A stretch of DNA of 64,000 nt from contig NC_083285.1 in NCBI RefSeq assembly GCF_963506605.1, positions 40,176,001 through 40,240,000 of the forward strand. Direction: 5' to 3'. A program made the position numbers and the translations under genes. Source of the DNA: Zootoca vivipara. Its lineage: Eukaryota. Each line of letters starts with the position of its first letter. The stretch's first letter is position 1. The notes beneath the pieces were generated by a model that made no database searches, had not been told where the DNA came from, and worked only from the letters and a program-made list of their open reading frames with translations. Shown in pieces: positions 24,798 through 37,029 of the stretch.

Positions 24798-26529
24798 TAG
24801 GATGCTCACAATTCCCACTGGCTGAGTCCACTGGTGTTACCAGTGTCAGGGAGCAAGTTTAGACATGCATAACAATATCCATTAGTCCACCTTTTTACTT
24901 TCTCCTATATAAATGGATTGCTGCCATTTTTTTTCTAGGAAGGAAAGTAAACTCTTCCCCAAAACTGAATGGCCTAGCTCATACGTGTTGGGGTCTCATT
25001 GTGTGTGCAGTGGGGAGTGCAATGCATGTTTGTAAACAGAAGTGCACTATATTACATACAACCTCATGAGTCTTTAGTATATACAAACTCCCTTCCACTC
25101 ATGATCATGACCGACATTTTACTTGCAATTCTCTTCTGGGACCCAAAGGTAATAATAAATAAAGAATATAGAAAAATACAGCTGATACAGAAGGAGCACC
25201 ATAATTACACTGGAACTAGAACTAGCAACATCTGAAAGCCTACTTGGTCCTATTGATTCTCTGAACATTCGGCTGGCATGGTCTGAAACAGGTGGAGGAA
25301 ACTCCCCCCCCACCCCACCCTGTGCGATGTTGTTGAACTTCAACTCCCAACAAGCAGAGCTGGTGACCAGGAATGATCAGAGTTGAACTTCAGCAACATC
25401 TGGAACTCCAGAGGTTCCCTAAATCTGGTCTACAATCTAAATCAGTGAGATCCACATGTATCATCCATTTTAATTTATGTAAATTTAAAATTGCCTGGCA
25501 TGGAAGTTGAATTGAAAAAATACAGTGACTCGTCTTCCTACTAAACATTATAGCATTTTATGGAAAAAAAATTCTCAAAAAAAGAGTACCATCTATTGCA
25601 AGAGCTTCAAGTTATCAGTTCATGAATCAAAAATGTTAATGCAAGATAATGATTTCTTAAGAATGTTTTGCACATTTTCCTAAAGGAGAAGACAGAAGTT
25701 TACAAATACTTCTGGGAAGTATTTTCCATATCCACAAGCCCTCTGCAGAATAAGTATGTCTGCATTAATTCCCTCTGCTGCCTTCACTTTCTTCACATAA
25801 TGGATTTTGAGTAAAGGGGATTCTAATCCCTGTCTTAATTGGATATGTTGAACAGTTTCCATACATCATCCAGTCAAAAGCACTGCTGTGAGTATTCACA
25901 TTGTTTCATAATATGCTCTGTGGCTGATTCAGAACAACACTTCTTCAAGCTTCTGTACCCTCCTCTTCATTGAGGACATCATTATCTAGACCCACAGTCA
26001 GAAGACCCTTGAGAAGTTCCACTTCAATAAATTTTGAGCCCAGCATCGAGATGAGACAAGAGCATTCCATGCACCAGGTTCACTTTGGGCAAATACTGTG
26101 TCCAGTAATGGTCATATACATACAGTAATCACCACTGTATACTGAAAAATTGCTGAACACCTCTCATATCTCTACATTGTGCGTTCCTACCCAGAACACA
26201 CCACAAGGCCCATCGTCTATGTGAAATTTAATCTGTTTTAGTATTTCAGATTATTGTATGTTTTAATGTATATTGCGTTTCCCCCCTGATCTTATGGAAG
26301 AGGTGGAAGACAGAACAAGATCTTCAGGGTCCTTGCTTACCGTGGACATTCTTAAACAGATGATTACAGAGCAAACAATAGTCATTTAATGAAAAATAGA
26401 AGTATTAGAGGAAAAATAGATACAAAATTGACAAGATTTGAAGGAACTGTCAATGAAATGAGGAATGAAACTAAACCAGAGATGATTGAAATGGAAAATG
26501 GGAACAGAAATTGCCTAGAGGATCTAGTT

Positions 26530-26664
26530 CAGGCATCCCCAAACTGCGGCCCTCCAGATGTTTGGCCTACAACTCCCATGATCCCTAGCTAACAGGACCA
26601 GTGGTCAGGGAACATGGGAATTGTAGTCCAAAACATCTGGAGGGCCGAAGTTTGGGGATGCCTG
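26530..26664. mobile_element. Young hAT (Charlie-like) MITE, 135 bp
   Basis: TIR caggcatccccaaact / agtttggggatgcctg; perfect 8-bp TSD atctagtt; near-identical copy at 54570. Confidence 0.95.
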
Positions 26665-27250
26665 ATCTAGTTGCTCTGGTCCTGTCTCATTTCTCTAATA
26701 TCCCAACAATACTTGTATGGAATTTAATCATTTTCATTGGAACGACAAAGTTTAATCCTTCCACACCCATGAATCTGACAAAAATGGCCCTCCACCACAA
26801 TTAGTATTACAAAAAAGGTTCCCATTGGCACTAATGGAGCTTGCTTCCAATGCTGATTGCAGTTTAACGGTGGTGTTCTGTGATTGGGGAGGAAAAAGTT
26901 AATTCTCCCCTCTTCGTGCATTGTGGTTCCAATAAAACACATCCCCTCCTTCCATGCTGGGTGACAATTTTTTTTTATTAAATGTAATCCATGCAATTAA
27001 TGTCTGTTTTGGCTCTGAGACAATAGTTTCTACCTTCCAGGCCTACTACAGGTGTTAATTAACATAGCAAAGCTAGGGTGATTATGTTATCCCCAATTAC
27101 TTGTGTTATGAATGGTCACTTAGCTTGTCTTAAGCTTCACACAGAATTTTCACAGACCGCACTTTTTGCAACTCATGGGAATATGGCTCCATCTATAAGC
27201 TCTACACGCATGCGCATTTGTGTGGCCACACAACTGAATGTAACACTTCA

Positions 27251-27378
27251 TGCATCTGACAAAGTGAATTCTAGTCCATTAAGACTCATGCCATAATACA
27301 CCTTTTAATCTTTCAGGTACCGCAAGGCACTTGGTTACTTTTTTTTCGTAGCAGACTCACAAAGCTACTTGTCTCGGA
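27251..27378 (+). mobile_element. Decayed Penelope-like element terminal fragment
   Basis: tgcatctgacaaagtg...actcatgccataata...ctttcaggtaccgcaag...gcagactcacaaagctac resembles reptile PLE pseudo-LTR ends (from recall). Confidence 0.5.
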
Positions 27379-28260
27379 GATGCTTCCAAATCTTTTCTAG
27401 GACTGCTGGCATCTCCCTTCATTTGAAGTGATGCTCCTCATACCATAATGTATTGAACAGACCATATCTAAAGGCAGCAAAGTTAAACTGATGACTACAG
27501 TACAGAGAACATTTCACTCTCTTATTTTATTTTGGCAGAAAAGGGTAGAAAATGGGATGGCAGCCATCTTGCAGGCCCCTTGCTGCTCCTGGTAAATTCA
27601 TCCCTCATAAAACTCTTTTCAGGCTGAACTGCTGTAAGATTTTATGTGCTACTTGGTTTACCCAAGTCACAATCAATGCTTTCTGGGGTTTTATGAGCAG
27701 TAAACTTTAGCACTGACAATTACGAAAACTCCTTAAAATCCATACACAGAGAAGTAGTGGTGGGAAAAGTGAGCCGAGATGTAATCCAGGGGCCCAAAAT
27801 CAGCATTAAGAGGTGGAAATTATGCCAAAGCCTTTCAAGTAAATGGAAAATTCCCTCCTCACTGCTGCAGAGAGGCATTTTGTGTGGCTTAGTAGCTGCT
27901 TTTGCCAATCTAATAATGGGCACAATGAAGGAGGCAGTGAAAGCTGCTTAACAGTCAAACCTGGTATTGATATTGTAGCAAAAATATCACACCACCCCAA
28001 TCTCTCAGCAGTGCAGGATTCCAGGGGTCAGGCACTTACCTGGGGTTTGTGTTTCCTTTAGGAATGAGGCATGGTGGAGAATGTGGTGTCTTTATGATAA
28101 TATGGTTTATTGACAAATATATACCACCTAAGCTATGATGGAGGGGCTTTCAGCGTGACACACTGAGAGGGTCCTGCCTTGGATTCAGACAGTCACCCCA
28201 CATTGCTCTGACACCCACTTTTTCCAGCTTGCAAAATGCAACTATCTTTCCTCTTGCTTA

Positions 28261-28457
28261 AAGGTAAAGGGACCCCTGACCATTAGATCCAGTTGCGGAC
28301 GACTCTGGGGTTGCAGCGCTCATCTCGCGTTATTGGCCGAGGGAGCCGGCGTACAGCTTCTAGGTCATGTGGCCAGCATGACAAAGCCACTTCTGGCGAA
28401 CCAGAGCAGCACATGGAAACGCCATTTACCTTCCCGCTGTAGCGGTACCTATTTATC

Positions 28458-28500
<43 letters not shown>

Positions 28501-29955
28501 TTATACCCTGCCCCCCCGCCACTCTGGGCGGCTTCCAACACACATTAAAATACATTAAAATAACACAGATTAAAAACTTCCCTAAACAGGGCTGCCTTTA
28601 GGTATTTTCTAAATGTCAGGTAGTTGTTTATCTCTCTGACCTCTGATGGGAGGGCGTTCCACAGGGCGGATGCCACTACTGAGAAGGCCCTCTGCCCGGT
28701 TCCCTGTAACTTGGCTTCTCACAGCAAGGGAACCGCCAGAAGGCCCTCGGCTCTGGATCTCAGTGTCCAGGCTGAATGATGGGGGTGAAGACACTCCTTC
28801 AGGTATACAGGACCGAGGCCGTTTAGGGCTTTAAAGGTCAGCACCAACATTTTGAATTGTGCTTGGAAACGTACTGGCAGCCAATGTAGATCTCTCAGGA
28901 CCAGTGTTATGTGGTCCCGGCGGCCGCTCCCAGTCACCTGTCTGGCTGCCGCATTCCGGATGAATTGCAGTTTCTGGGTCACCTTCAAAGGTAGCCCCAT
29001 GTAGAGCATTGCAGTAGTCCAAGTAGGAGATAACCAGAGCATGCACTACTCTGGTGAGACAGTCTGCGGGCAGGTAGGGTCTCAGCCTGCGTACCAAATG
29101 GAGCTGGTAGACAGCCGCCCTGGACACAGAATTAACCTGCGCCTCCATGGACAGCTGTGAGTCCAAAATGACTCCCAGGCTGTGCACCTGGTCCCTCAGG
29201 GGCACACTTATCCCATTCAGGACCAGGGAGTCCCCCACACCCTGCTGCCTCCTGTCCCCCAGAAACAGTACTTCAGTCTTGTCAGGATTCAACCTCAATC
29301 TGTTAACCACCATCCATCCTCCAACTGCCTCCAGGCACTCACACAGGACATTCACCGCCCTCACTGGTTCTGATTTAAAAGAGAGGTAGAGCTGGGTGTC
29401 ATCCGCATACTGATGAACACCCAGCCCAAACCCCCTGATGATCTCTCCCAGAAGCTTCATATAGATATTAAAAAGCATGGGGGAGAGGACGGAACCCTGA
29501 GGCACCCCACAAGTGAGAGCCCAGGGGTCCGAACATTCATCCTCCAACACCACTTTCTGGACACGACCCTGGAGAAAGGAGCAGAATCACTGTATAACAG
29601 TGACTCCATCTCCCAGCCCCCTCTAGACGGTCCAGAAGGATGTTATGGTCAATAGTGTCAAAGGCTGCTGACAGATCCAGCAGAACTAGGAAACAGCTCT
29701 CACCTTTGTCCCTAGCCCGCCGGAGATCATCAACAAGTGCGACCAAGGCAGTTTCAGTCCCATGATGAGGCCTGAATCCCGACTGGAAGGGATACAAATC
29801 TACTTGCAGTTTTGACATGCTTTCGAACTGCTAGGTTTGGCAGGAGCTGGGACTGAGCAATGGGAGCTCACCCCGTCACGGGGATTCGAACCACCGACCT
29901 TCTGATCGGCAAGCCCTAGGCTCAGTGGTTTAACCCACAGCGCCACCCGCGTCCC
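28261..29955 (-). mobile_element. Sauria SINE split by an L2 insertion (28261-28459 and 29798-29955)
   Basis: tRNA head gggacgcgggtggcgctgtgg...ggttcgaatccc; (ACCTTT)n tail; TSD cctcttgctta at 28250-28260 and 29961-29971. Confidence 0.95.
28460..29797 (-). mobile_element. 5'-truncated young L2-clade LINE (RT domain to 3' tail), frameshifted
   Basis: PFQSGFRPHHGTETAL, LLDLSAAFDT, GVPQGSVLSP, QYADDTQLY, HITxVLRDLHWLPV; (ATT)n tail; 5-bp atcta duplication at the junctions. Confidence 0.95.
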
Positions 29956-30420
29956 TTTTCCCTCTTGCTTACATCAGGCAAAAACTCTTGTCCTGAATAC
30001 AATTGCTCTCCTTCCAACTCTAAAACTCTACTTCAGAAACGGTTTGTCTTCATAAATAATTCTGAGTTGAGAAAGAGGCCCCTCCCATTTGCTCTATGGC
30101 ACAGAGCCACTCCCTTTGTCCCAGCTAACGACTCATCATTAGTATGCTATCACCAGGCTGGCCTCTGGCTTGTATTTCAACATGCTAAATTCAATCAGTA
30201 CTGGATTCAGGGAGGTGCAAGTGGTTTCCCCCACAAAGGGTGCCAAGGCGAAACAGTGCAAAATTTAGAAGATCCATAATTGAGAAGATCCATTTGGGGT
30301 CACCAAATTTTGGATTTGCACAGAGCACCATATGATAAAGATTACCAAATTCTGTCTCTCATTCAATATCTGGCATCCCAGAATTAGAAGGGGAGTCCAG
30401 GAACCCCACAAACTTGCAAC

Positions 30421-30708
30421 CATTGGTGTAGCAAGGTCAGGTGATACCCGGTGTGGAAAATGTATTGTAACCCCCCCCCCATTTTATTTTATATTATTTT
30501 ATTTATTTTGTCTCCAAAAGTGGTTTGACTCTTTTTTGGGGAGCCAGAATTGTTGAGCTTTTTTGGCAAAGCAAGAGTTGTTGAGCGGGAAGCCCGCGCA
30601 TGCAAAAGCCACACCCTCTCTCACAGATGTTGGGTGCCGCACAGCATTTTGTCACCCCCCTCGGAGGTGGCACCCGGGGCGGACCGCACCCACCTTGCAA
30701 CACCTCTG
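30421..30708. mobile_element. GC-rich hAT-like MITE
   Basis: Imperfect TIRs cattggtgtagcaagg / ccttgcaacacctctg; degenerate TSD ttgcaac / ttgtaac. Confidence 0.6.
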
Positions 30709-30794
30709 TTGTAACCATATAAACTATGGACCTATGCGGTGCACACACAGTAAACTTACCATACATGGACACAGCAGTTATATGAAAAGTATAC

Positions 30795-30881
30795 TAGGGT
30801 TGCCATATTTCAAACCGTGAAAATCTGGACAGAAAAGTATTCCGTATATGTCTGGGGAAATCCACACGTATGGCATCCCTA
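30795..30881. mobile_element. Tiny hAT MITE
   Basis: TIR tagggttgccata / tatggcatcccta; TSD (a)agtatac. Confidence 0.8.
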
Positions 30882-33783
30882 AGTATACACCATCACTTCC
30901 TACAGTAAAAAAAAATCAGACTGCCAATGTGTACATATAGTTCAAAACTTAGAGCTCTTTGAAAATAGCTGTGATCCTTACCAGCAGGGGTGGTACCCTT
31001 TTCTGTGGTAATACCAATCCCTTCTGCTGGCAGAATAGATTAAAATCCCCACCAGTAATGTGCAGAAATGTGCATTAAGGAGTACTGAGGATGGCACGAA
31101 TGTTTCTGTGCTAATAGATGGATGGGAAAAAAATATTTACTGGAATACAGGACATTAAAAAAAAAAACTTAGACATGAGAAGCCTGATAAGGTACATTGC
31201 ACAGAACACAAGAATCTGTTCCAAAGGGACAAAATAAAAACCTTTTAGAAAGGCAAAATGGCTTTGTACCTGTAAGTCATTCCAAAATCAATAGTACTTA
31301 GATATGCTTTACTCTGCACACCGGTGGGTAGGTGGGTGTGGGAAGGGGTGTGGGATCACAAGTATGTGTTGCAAACTATCAAGCTACATTTTATTGCCAT
31401 ATATAAAGTGCAGGCTAAATCCATGATCCCAGCACTCTCAGCCCAAGCTGTGTTGCTACACTAGAAATAACCAACAATAGGCTACAAGTATGTTTACCAA
31501 TACACTGAGCCACCTCATGTTCATAGGGCTGTAGAATCCAAATCTTGAAGATATGAGCCCCAGCATCTGTTTAAAAAATTGCTTATTGTTCAATCAATGT
31601 CAATTGTACCTCTGCAGCTTGCAACCACTCCCATCCCCCAGGCACCATATCCAGCTCTGCAGTCCAGTGCAGAGAAATCTTGAAAATTAAATGCAAAGAT
31701 CCATATGATACCCAAACCCTGAGATCTTTGGCTGCAAACTTGACAGCACACACATAAATATTCAGCCCTAGTCTGCAGGTTTTGTGTTTGTAACGCTGAA
31801 GGGAACCAGCTGCCACTCAAGTACCCATGGGGCCTAGAGGAGTGAAGGAAGAGACTGAAGAAAATGCCTTATTTTTGCACAGAAATTATTCTATCAGAAA
31901 ACACCCCACCACCCTCAAGAATAGCCTCATTTCTGCCCCTAATAACTAGTGATTTGGACCAATTCATTTTGAGCCTGTAATACCTGCAAGTGCAATAAGC
32001 CTTAAAGGGCCAGGAAAAGGGCGGGCTGTGAAAAGAATTTGTGACTGCTGCTGCAGAACTGGGGAAATTAGTGAAAGACCAGGAAAGTGGCTTCCTCTTT
32101 CCCCCAGAAAGCCTTAGCTGCCTATCAGGGCCTGGTTCATACCATGTCATCATAGTATTTTTGCCAGGCCAGGGAGCTAGAGGCTGGAGGGAAGGCTGGG
32201 CATGGTGAGGCAGAGACAATTCTGTGGCAGAAACAGCAGGAAGACCCCAAATACAGAAGCTGTTAGGGCGTTGCATCTTGTCACATAGTGCCATTATGAA
32301 AGTTCACAAGGCTTCTCTGCTGGTGGCGTCCTCTTTTGTGCCAGAGTTTGATTTTGACATAAAGCAAGGAGGCAGAATCTTTTTCCACCCAAAGGCTGCA
32401 TTTCCTTCTGGACCATCTTCCAGAAGCCACACGCCAGAGCTGAGCAGGGCCAGAGGAGAAAGTGTGCAGAGCAATAAATGTAAATTTTCCTTTGCCTAGT
32501 GGGCTAGTTTCTACTGATGCTCATACCCCACCACCCACCCACCCTCCAGGCAAGAACGAGGCATCACCAGAGTTCAATGACACATTCTACCTAGGCAAAA
32601 ACATTCAAGGAGGGTGTTGAGCAGGGCCAGTGAGGGATGTGGCCTGTGAAGAGGATGTGTGACCAGGAATTGGGTGTGGCTTAGGGAGAGTCCTGTGAAT
32701 CTGATAGGCCTGGAAGACTGCATATCGCTCCTAGGCCTGAGGTTCTCCACCTCTGACATAAAAGGGGAATGCCTCAGGACCCATTCCAGGTTTGAGTACC
32801 TTAACACTTCCAAATGGAACAACATGGGAAAGCAAATATGTCCTCTTGCTAATAACTCATACGTAGAAGGTGGGTTTTTAGGAACTTTAGACCAAAGTGC
32901 ATACAAAACTGTATATTTTAGCATAAAAAGTATATTTTATCTAAAGATATGTCAAAAAATGTGCATCCTGTGAGGAAATAAGTTACAAAGAATGCAGATT
33001 TCCATGCAGATTTATGAAGAACAAGAGAGAAGGCACTTATGAATGAACACATGCAAAACTGCTTCTGGGAACATGGCCAACTCCACCAGTGGGCGGCAGA
33101 TGCTGGAATTAGAGCAATGGGAGCCGCCGCCACCCAACCATTCCTTCTCAACACCCTTCTTTCTCCTCTGTTGGAAGACAGAACTGGGTGTGTCACGTGG
33201 CTTGTCTTGCAACCCATGCACTTAGGCCTGTTGTCCTCAGGTGTGCAGTGGAGGATGCCAATATTGAAGTAGAATTCCACTGCTAGTCCAGTCCGCTTCT
33301 GAACACGGAATCAGGAACAGCTCATAATTCTATGCATTTACCTGACAGGGTGATGCTGCAATGATAGCTTCCAGATAGCAGCATCACTGCTGCTTACAGG
33401 GATGGGAAGGGGCAAGATGGCAGCAAGGTTGGGGCTATGCAACCACACTGGCAGAGCCAATCCGGTGTCCCCACCTATGCATCCACACAGCCCCAGCCTT
33501 GCTGGTGCCTCACCCCTACCAGTGTGTGGCAAGTGATACTGCTACCTGGAAGCTATTGTGGCAGCTCTGCTCCACTGGGCAAGCCACATATGCATGCAGT
33601 TGGTGTGTGTGGATCATCTCTTTTGCCTCAAGCAGCAAAATGTCTTGGGCCAACTTAACCATCAATTGTTATTCTGAACTCACTTTAAAAAGTAAGAACA
33701 AATGCGTACTAAAGAAACATCAAAGTGTAACATTCCAAAGAATAAACATATAAAAAATAAAAAAATTGTCCAGCCACACCTTA

Positions 33784-34134
33784 AAGGTAAAGGTACCCCT
33801 GACTGTTAGGTCCAGTCGCAAACAACTGGGGTTGCGGCACTCATATCGCTCTATAGGCCGAGGGAACCGGTGTTGGTCCGCAGACAGTTTCCGGGTCATG
33901 TGGCCAGCATGACTAAGCCGCTTCTGGCGAAACCAGAGCAGCGCACGGAAACGCCGTTTACCTTACCGCTGGAGCGGTCCCTATTTATCTACTTGCACTT
34001 TGATGTGCTTTCAAACTGCTAGGTTGGCAGGAGCTGGGACCAAACAACGGGAGCTCACCCCGTCACGGGGATTCGAACCACCGACCTTCTGATAGGTAAG
34101 CCCTAGGCTCTGTGGTTTAGACCACAGCGCCACC
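33784..34134 (-). mobile_element. Sauria SINE inserted into a Penelope-like terminal fragment
   Basis: Same sequence family as the 28261 and 36677 copies; 7-bp TSD cacctta; host continues gagaccaactaagtttgttcttggtataagctt...gtgcatgcacac. Confidence 0.93.
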
Positions 34135-35356
34135 CACCTTAGAGACCAACTAAGTTTGTTCTTGGTATAAGCTTTTCTGTGCATGCACACAAAGGATACT
34201 TTTACAGTTCATATAATTGAAGCCAATGTCTTGGAAAAGCCAGAATCAGTTTACATTCTTTGGTAAGTTATTCATGAGGCAAAAAAAGATAAGATGCAGC
34301 ATTATTTAGCTATAGCTGCTCTTCCAGACACAGAGGGGAAGCAGCTTTTTAAAATGAAAGTGTCACTTTTTAAAGTTCGTCTTTAAACAGTGAACATAAT
34401 TAGTTAAAATTTTACATGGCAATTTAACAAGGAAGTTTGCATTTGGGGGATATTCAGCAGGGGTAAATGTTTGGTGCAGGAGCTGTTTATGTTGCAGTTT
34501 TGTCTAGTTTTATCATATCTGCTGTGGTCTAAATTAGTGCTGACTTAAGCTCTAGTACAAGGCTGTGGTTTTGAGTTTCCATAAAGCAGTACTACTGTTT
34601 TGCTAGGTGTAGATAACCTCGGGGCTTATTCAAACTCCTGGAAGGAACATGATAGGTAATATTTGATTTCAACAGCTAAATATAATATTATTGATTTATG
34701 ATGTTCACAGTGCTATCAGCAATATATAAATAAAACAACAAAACTGGCAACAATATGATTGCAGGGAAGGAATGTGGCTATGATAAGTTTTCAAAATACA
34801 GCATTCAAAATACAGCAAACAAACCAACACAGGCATTGTGCAATTATCAGAATGCTAGAGTTCTCAATTCAATCCTTTTCCAAACACCCTAGAAATTTGA
34901 AGTTTGGTTACTATGAAAAAACAGTTGGTTAATATTTCATCAACCATTTTGGTTATTATTATTATTAAGTCTCTATAAACCCCTCACTAAAGTCCTGTTT
35001 AATGTGAGTTAATGAAAGTCATTGTGGATAAGATATCTGGAGTGTAACTAGAACAGTCAACATGAGTTATTTTCTTTTGCTCACTCACCTGCCTGATAGA
35101 TGCCACGCCTGCCCAACTGTAGCATGTTATTTACATCTCAATCAATCCTACAACCCAACCCCAAATACATTTATTCAGGAGAAGGTCCCAGTGTGTTCTG
35201 TAAAATGTACTCTCTCGTAAATAAGTTTAGGGGTTCAATCTAAAGACTATTGCCTTAGTGAGAAGAAAAGAAGCTTTCTTTAACTTTTGTTTGTTTGCCA
35301 CTTGATCTGCCCCTCATTTCTTTCATTATTGTCTTCTAATGAGATGTTTGTTGTTA

Positions 35357-35537
35357 TTAGGAACCTACAAATCCGCCTTATACGAGTCAGACCAATGGTC
35401 CATCTAGCTCAGTATTGTCTACAATGGTTGTGGCTCTCCAGGGTTTCAGAGTCTTTCCCAGTCCTACCTGAGGGAGCTGAGGAGCAAACCTGGCACCGTC
35501 TGCACACAAAACAGATGCTCTACCACTGAGCTACGGC
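35357..35537 (-). mobile_element. Older tRNA-derived SINE with CR1-like tail
   Basis: Minus head gccgtagctcagtggtagagcatctg; related copies at about 39925-40060 (+) and 52320-52480 (-). Confidence 0.7.
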
Positions 35538-35935
35538 TGGAGGGGAACCAAGAAATCCAGTGAAGGATGTTTTCCTTCTACACTGATGCATTGTGATGCA
35601 CTCAAATGCTGCACCTGTTGCTTCTCTACCTATCACAAAGCTCTGAAACGCACAAGAGCCAGTAAACAAAACAGGCAGAAACTCCCTTCTTCTGTAATTT
35701 AATTTAGTAAGTTCTCAAAAAAAAAATGCCCTTTTGTGAGCATAAATGGGAATTGCTGTAGCTACCGGTGGCACTAAATGGCCAAGGGGAAAGGGGTCCA
35801 CCAATTTCCTTGCAACCAAGGGCCCAAACAAACTTGGAGTCGAGCCTGTCTATACAAAAGTCTTTAAGAAAGAGGAAGATTTTATCTTCCCAATGTTGAC
35901 ATGTGTGTAATTCATGTTGCCTCCAGTATGCCGAA

Positions 35936-36076
35936 CAGGGCCGGCTCTAGGGGTAGGCTGGGTGGCGCCAGGGCGCCGGGTTGTCAGGGGGGCTCCGCGA
36001 GCTGCACCCGCCCACTAGGGCAGGGCGCCAGAGCGATCTCCACACCACGGCGCCCAACATGCTTGAGATGGCCCTG
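35936..36076. mobile_element. CpG-rich hAT MITE, 141 bp
   Basis: TIR cagggccg / tggccctg; perfect 8-bp TSD atgccgaa. Confidence 0.9.
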
Positions 36077-36386
36077 ATGCCGAATGTCCCAAGATATGCA
36101 ACCACATTGCTCTGTGAAATAGAAGCCATTGTGTGTCCACCATACCCCCTTTTGATATATTCCTTCTGACAGCAACTTGAGATGGATAAGATCCACCATG
36201 TCCTCATCATGAATCTCTGACAACAAATTTCAACTAAACTGTCACTCCACTTTTTATGTTCTACATAATGATGTTGATAGTGTGCTATCTATTATCACTG
36301 ATGCTTGTTTCTTGTCTGGATTAGAAAAACACTTCCCAAATTCAGTGTTCATTTATCTTGTAGGAGTTTTAAACTAGTTTCATTGC

Positions 36387-36523
36387 AGGGGTGGAGAACC
36401 TGTGCTACTTCAGGCCTTGTTGACTCTTAACTTTCATTAGCCCCAGCCAGGATCTCAAATGGTCAGAGATGATGGGGATTGTAGTCCAACAACATCTGGA
36501 GAGTCATAGGTTCCCCATCCCTG
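36387..36523. mobile_element. Palindromic hAT MITE (older family)
   Basis: caggggtggagaacctgtg / cataggttccccatccctg. Confidence 0.75.
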
Positions 36524-36676
36524 CTGTCACCTCAAGGCTGTAAGAAAACACTCCATTACAAATATATATATCAAACCTGATTTCCCTTATTTCCCCCGCC
36601 CTTGCATAACCCATGCAGTTTCAAAGTGTTACCCCCTGTATCAACATACATTAACTATGAAGTATGGATAACTGCA

Positions 36677-37029
36677 GGGACCCAGGTGGCGCTGTGGTTA
36701 AACCACTGAGCCTAGGGCTTGCTTTTCAGAAGGTTGGCGGTTCGAATCCCTGTGACGGGGTGAGCTCCCGTTGCTCGGTCCCTGCTCCTGCCAACCTAGC
36801 AGTTCGAAAGCACGTCAAAATGCAAGTAGATAAATAGGAACCGCTACAGCGGGAAGGTAAACGGCGTTTCCATGTGCTGCTCTGGTTTGCCAGAAGCGGC
36901 TTTGTCATGCTGGCCACATGACCTGGAAGCTATACGCCGGCTCCCTCGGCCAATAATGCGAGATGAGCGCGCAACCCCAGAGTCGGTCACGACTGGACCT
37001 AATGGTCAGGGGTCCCTTTACCCTTTACC
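36677..37029 (+). mobile_element. Full-length Sauria SINE
   Basis: A box tggcgctgtgg, B box ggttcgaatccc, BovB-like 3' end with cctttaccctttacc; 14-bp TSD tatggataactgca. Confidence 0.96.

Larger units (their letters stand above)
27974..30182 (-). mobile_element. Probable solo LTR (about 500 bp without inserts), interrupted by the SINE/L2 nest
   Basis: TG...CA termini (tgtagcaaaa...tttcaaca); minus-strand AATAAA at 28106-28111; the halves rejoin across the SINE TSD. The LTR's own TSD is not clean. Confidence 0.5.

Noticed and set aside
35085-35095. Consensus donor CAG|GTGAGT in intron 9 as a recursive splice site
   Set aside because: No upstream polypyrimidine tract; isolated donors are common by chance.
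36677-36760. tRNA gene
   Set aside because: The A/B boxes belong to a SINE head with body, tail and TSD; the same applies at 24648, 35537 and 53111.
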